Shown here: in pieces, positions 61,024 through 64,000 of the stretch
How positions within the stretch are numbered: the stretch's first letter is position 1
How the letters are laid out: each line of letters opens with the position of its first letter
Assembly (NCBI GenBank): GCA_009859145.1
Contig: VRVR01000002.1
Span: forward strand, 380,724-444,723
Direction of reading: 5' to 3'
DNA from: Andalucia godoyi And28
Taxonomy: Eukaryota; Protista; Jakobida
DNA length: 64,000 nt
The notes under the pieces: generated by a model
Database searches by the model: none
Seen by the model: the letters and a program-made list of their open reading frames with translations, nothing else
Told to the model about the DNA's origin: nothing
Program-made: the position numbers and the translations under genes

Positions 61024-63714
61024 CTATACGAGAGCAGCGGAAGCACCTGCACCAGTCTGCTGAGGTTTCAAAATGCCGATGTTCATGACTTCTTGGATCT
61101 GCGACTCGACAAAAGTCCGAGATATCCGATCGTACGCAAGCAAGTAATATGTACCGAGCCCGCTGACGCAGTCGCGTCCTTCCGGTACCTGTTCCAGACG
61201 ACGGAGCAGAGCCACCATTCCCAAACGAATGAGAGGCTTCGAATGGAATAGACAAGCAGCCAACGGCATCAAACCCGACGCACAAGCAGGAAACAGTGAC
61301 AGCACATTGCAAACATGCAATGCCAGTGCTTCATTCTCGGAAACAACATTTTCTGCTGTGCTCTGTTTCTCCGATTCAACACCGGAATTCGCGTGCGCAG
61401 AAACTGGAATACCGGCCACATCGGACGACGAGCCCATTTGGTCAACTTTGGACTCCGATGCTCGCTTCAAGAAAGAAGACCGAACAACAGGGCTTAGAAA
61501 CAAAAGAAATCGATGAAGATACTCGGAAATGTCATCGTCTGGAAGAGGGGGAATGGAACTGACAACATTATTTGCCTGGTGATCCAACCCAACCCCGCAA
61601 GCTGCTTGCAGCCGAAATGCCCGTCGTTGAACAGATCTAAATAGGCCTTCTCTAGGAGACATCTTTGATGCCACTCGCCTGAACAGACGATTCCACAAAT
61701 CGGAACCGCGAATAATCTTGAAATATTCTGGAAGAAATATGCCCGGACCTCCAGCATAAGGAACCGTAATTAGCATGTTTCGATGCACATCTTGCACGGC
61801 TGGGGAAAGCGAACAGAGAGCCATATTGCGCGACAAGTGAGACATGTACCAGCGACAAAAGTCTTCGATACTCCGAGCCGGCACCTGACGCAATCGAAGG
61901 GCTGCGAGACGGATCAGCAGCTGCTTGAACGACTGGGATTCCGTGTCCGTCGGTTCGAACATCACAGCGAGCGCAGTAGGAGAACCACTGCCGTTTGACG
62001 CATTCGAAGTGGATGTCCAATTGGAAGCCGATGAAGACGTGGAGTCAGATCCAGGCGAAGCCCCTGGTGGGCTCCCCGCAAAAGAGGCAGGGACGTTGAC
62101 GGTGTAAAATGAAGGAGCAAGAATGACCTTCTGTTCATCGCAGTCCACAAGCATGTCCCACCATTCGCATCTTTCCTCGAAAATGGGGTGGGTGGTACCC
62201 GCGATGAATCCTTTAACAGACATAAGATCCGTCAGGTGAGTGAGAGACACATATGGAAATAAACGGCGCTTTAGCATTTCGTAGGGAGAGTCCACGACGT
62301 CATCCGAAAACAGGAACGGCACTGCCAGCACCAGAAAGACGACGTCCGCAGCAGGCTTTTGTCTAGCAAGAAACATGATCCGTTTCTCAGCGAGAACCGC
62401 TGCTACCAGCGGCATCGTATGCGCGGCGAGTAATTCTACCAACCGCGTGGTCGAAACTCTCGGATCATCCAGTCCGACACCGGAGAGTATGGTAGGAAAC
62501 GGAAGTGCCACTTCGGTGGACCCAGAGGGCACAGAAAGTACGCTTGCCGACACCGCAGAACTGAGGCTCGCTGACGAATCGCTGGGTGCCAATGAGGAAT
62601 TGGACCTGCTCCTGCTCGTCGTGCTCACGATGCCCGGAAACCGCACTTGCACAGAGCACTTCTTTTCGCTCGATTCTGCAGGAAGCACTCTTCTCCATAC
62701 ATCATTTCTTGCCTTCTTTAAAGGGTCTGCAAGAAGCGAGCTATGAGTAACAAGGACGTTCGCGGGTAATTTGACAGCATTGATCTTTTGGTAAAACAAG
62801 CGCACAATTTCTTCTGCGGGATACGGAGATGACGCAATCTCGTCGCTCATGATTCGCAAGAAAGGCCTCAGCGCATAGCAAGAAGCAGCGGTCGAGGCAA
62901 ACGCAACAGATCGAACAGAAGCTCCACGTTTCATGGCTTTGTCCCGCTTCGTAGTCACAAACGCAAAACAGTAATAAACAAGATCCTTATCAAACGCGTC
63001 TCCCACAGCCGAACTCTGCTCATGGTTTTCCGGGGATGTCGGTGAACTATCGAAATTAGTAGATTGAGTAGCACCAGTCGACACAAGGTCCACGTCTTCC
63101 ACAGTCGACGCCTGCACAACCGTAATGCTTGTCCCAAAGACTTCTGCCTCGCGCTCGGTGAAGAAGAGCAGGCCGATGGACGCCGGCAGAGAAGGGTCGG
63201 ATTTTGGCAACGACAGCACGCCGAACACTCCACCAGATGGGTGCGCCTTGTCCACTACCGTGAACGACAGATCTCCCGGATTTTCGTCATCCGCGGCTGA
63301 GGACGGTGTCTTCAGCGGTAGCGACATCAGCAGCGAACCCTCGTCCGTCGTGAAAGCGATCGATTCCTCTGACAAAACAATGTTCTCAGAATGCGAGACA
63401 AGGCCTAGCAACCTTACCCAGTCATTTTGCACAGCATCAAACGTGTACACCCGAGCAGTATGATGCTGTCTCATTACGGAAGGTTGCAAGACCTGGGCGA
63501 CCGCCTTTGAAGGAGTCGACTTTGGTGATCGTGGATTCTGAGGCCGAATGACAAATGCCGTCCAGTCTTCTTGCCGGAGATGTGATCCATCAGGAAGCAT
63601 CAGCTCGGCAAGAGGATGATCATCAATCGGCAGCGGTTGCGGAACCTGACACCGCACAACCGCGCCTTTATCAATATCAAACTCCGCAAACACAAGCGCA
63701 TGAATCAATGCCAT
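61024..63714 (-). CDS. Afi1/DENN-like protein with a PH/EVH1-like insertion, 896 aa
   Basis: ALVFAEFDIDKGAVVRCQVP, LAELMLPDGSHLRQEDWTAF, KRGASVRSVAF, AEKRIMFL, RRLFPYVSL, GFIAGTTHPIF. Confidence 0.8.
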   Translation of the reverse strand: MALIHALVFAEFDIDKGAVVRCQVPQPLPIDDHPLAELMLPDGSHLRQEDWTAFVIRPQNPRSPKSTPSKAVAQVLQPSVMRQHHTARVYTFDAVQNDWVRLLGLVSHSENIVLSEESIAFTTDEGSLLMSLPLKTPSSAADDENPGDLSFTVVDKAHPSGGVFGVLSLPKSDPSLPASIGLLFFTEREAEVFGTSITVVQASTVEDVDLVSTGATQSTNFDSSPTSPENHEQSSAVGDAFDKDLVYYCFAFVTTKRDKAMKRGASVRSVAFASTAASCYALRPFLRIMSDEIASSPYPAEEIVRLFYQKINAVKLPANVLVTHSSLLADPLKKARNDVWRRVLPAESSEKKCSVQVRFPGIVSTTSRSRSNSSLAPSDSSASLSSAVSASVLSVPSGSTEVALPFPTILSGVGLDDPRVSTTRLVELLAAHTMPLVAAVLAEKRIMFLARQKPAADVVFLVLAVPFLFSDDVVDSPYEMLKRRLFPYVSLTHLTDLMSVKGFIAGTTHPIFEERCEWWDMLVDCDEQKVILAPSFYTVNVPASFAGSPPGASPGSDSTSSSASNWTSTSNASNGSGSPTALAVMFEPTDTESQSFKQLLIRLAALRLRQVPARSIEDFCRWYMSHLSRNMALCSLSPAVQDVHRNMLITVPYAGGPGIFLPEYFKIIRGSDLWNRLFRRVASKMSPREGLFRSVQRRAFRLQAACGVGLDHQANNVVSSIPPLPDDDISEYLHRFLLFLSPVVRSSFLKRASESKVDQMGSSSDVAGIPVSAHANSGVESEKQSTAENVVSENEALALHVCNVLSLFPACASGLMPLAACLFHSKPLIRLGMVALLRRLEQVPEGRDCVSGLGTYYLLAYDRISRTFVESQIQEVMNIGILKPQQTGAGASAALV

Positions 63715-64000
63715 TTTCGTTTCCTCCCCTCCACCGCTCGCGCTTTGAAAAGTATCTTTTGCCTTTCTATTGGTACTCTTTTTTTCTTTCTTTCGTTTGT
63801 CTTTTCGTTCTTCTTCTTGGAAGCCAAAGACCAAACGGTGATGATGACGACGACAACAACGATGATGATGATCAAAAAATTAAAATAAAATAATAGGTAA
63901 TAATAAAATGCGTGGGAGTTGAGACAACGTTCTTCTATCCTCAAGTGGCGCACTTGAATTCGAGACGGTGTTTTTTCTTTTTTGAGGTCGCAAAATAAAA

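Overview
Gene-dense, intron-poor eukaryotic DNA. It uses the standard code, has short GT-AG introns, and has microsatellite/poly-A intergenic spacers. The source is probably a flagellated microbial eukaryote (several axonemal/centriolar genes; species not determinable from sequence). About 30 protein-coding genes can be supported, among them a Zn2Cys6-PAS transcription factor, PLPBP, lebercilin-like, AOX, CSN4, IMP3, a PQ-loop transporter, an HxxxDG acyltransferase, TMEM14, a twin-CX9C protein, SHIPPO/ODF3-like, a DUF5060 clan GH-A glycosidase, LRR-IQ, mitochondrial AspRS, a TBC GAP, RPL39, RPS30, RRP9, RCC1-like, ZNF277, AK9-like, an LRR protein, EMC3, a Hippo/MST kinase with SARAH domain, a 3-exon ~2186-aa ARM protein, BTB-BACK-MATH and Afi1/DENN-like. 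The standout is a family of three short non-autonomous elements derived from a TnpB/Fanzor2-like RNA-guided nuclease transposon (6695-7229 minus, 16960-17321 plus, 47252-47744 plus). They share left-end sequence, a RuvC-III remnant with the same frameshift and a hairpin-rich right end resembling an omega-RNA scaffold. One copy keeps the N-terminus; the other two keep the zinc-finger C-terminus. One copy appears to have replaced the C-terminus of a host LRR gene. Other leads are a telo-box cluster in a bidirectional ribosomal-protein promoter, a possible pol III ncRNA at ~10.8-11.07 kb, and a shared CAAGCAT motif family in two divergent promoters. All family assignments come from motif recognition; no database searches were run.
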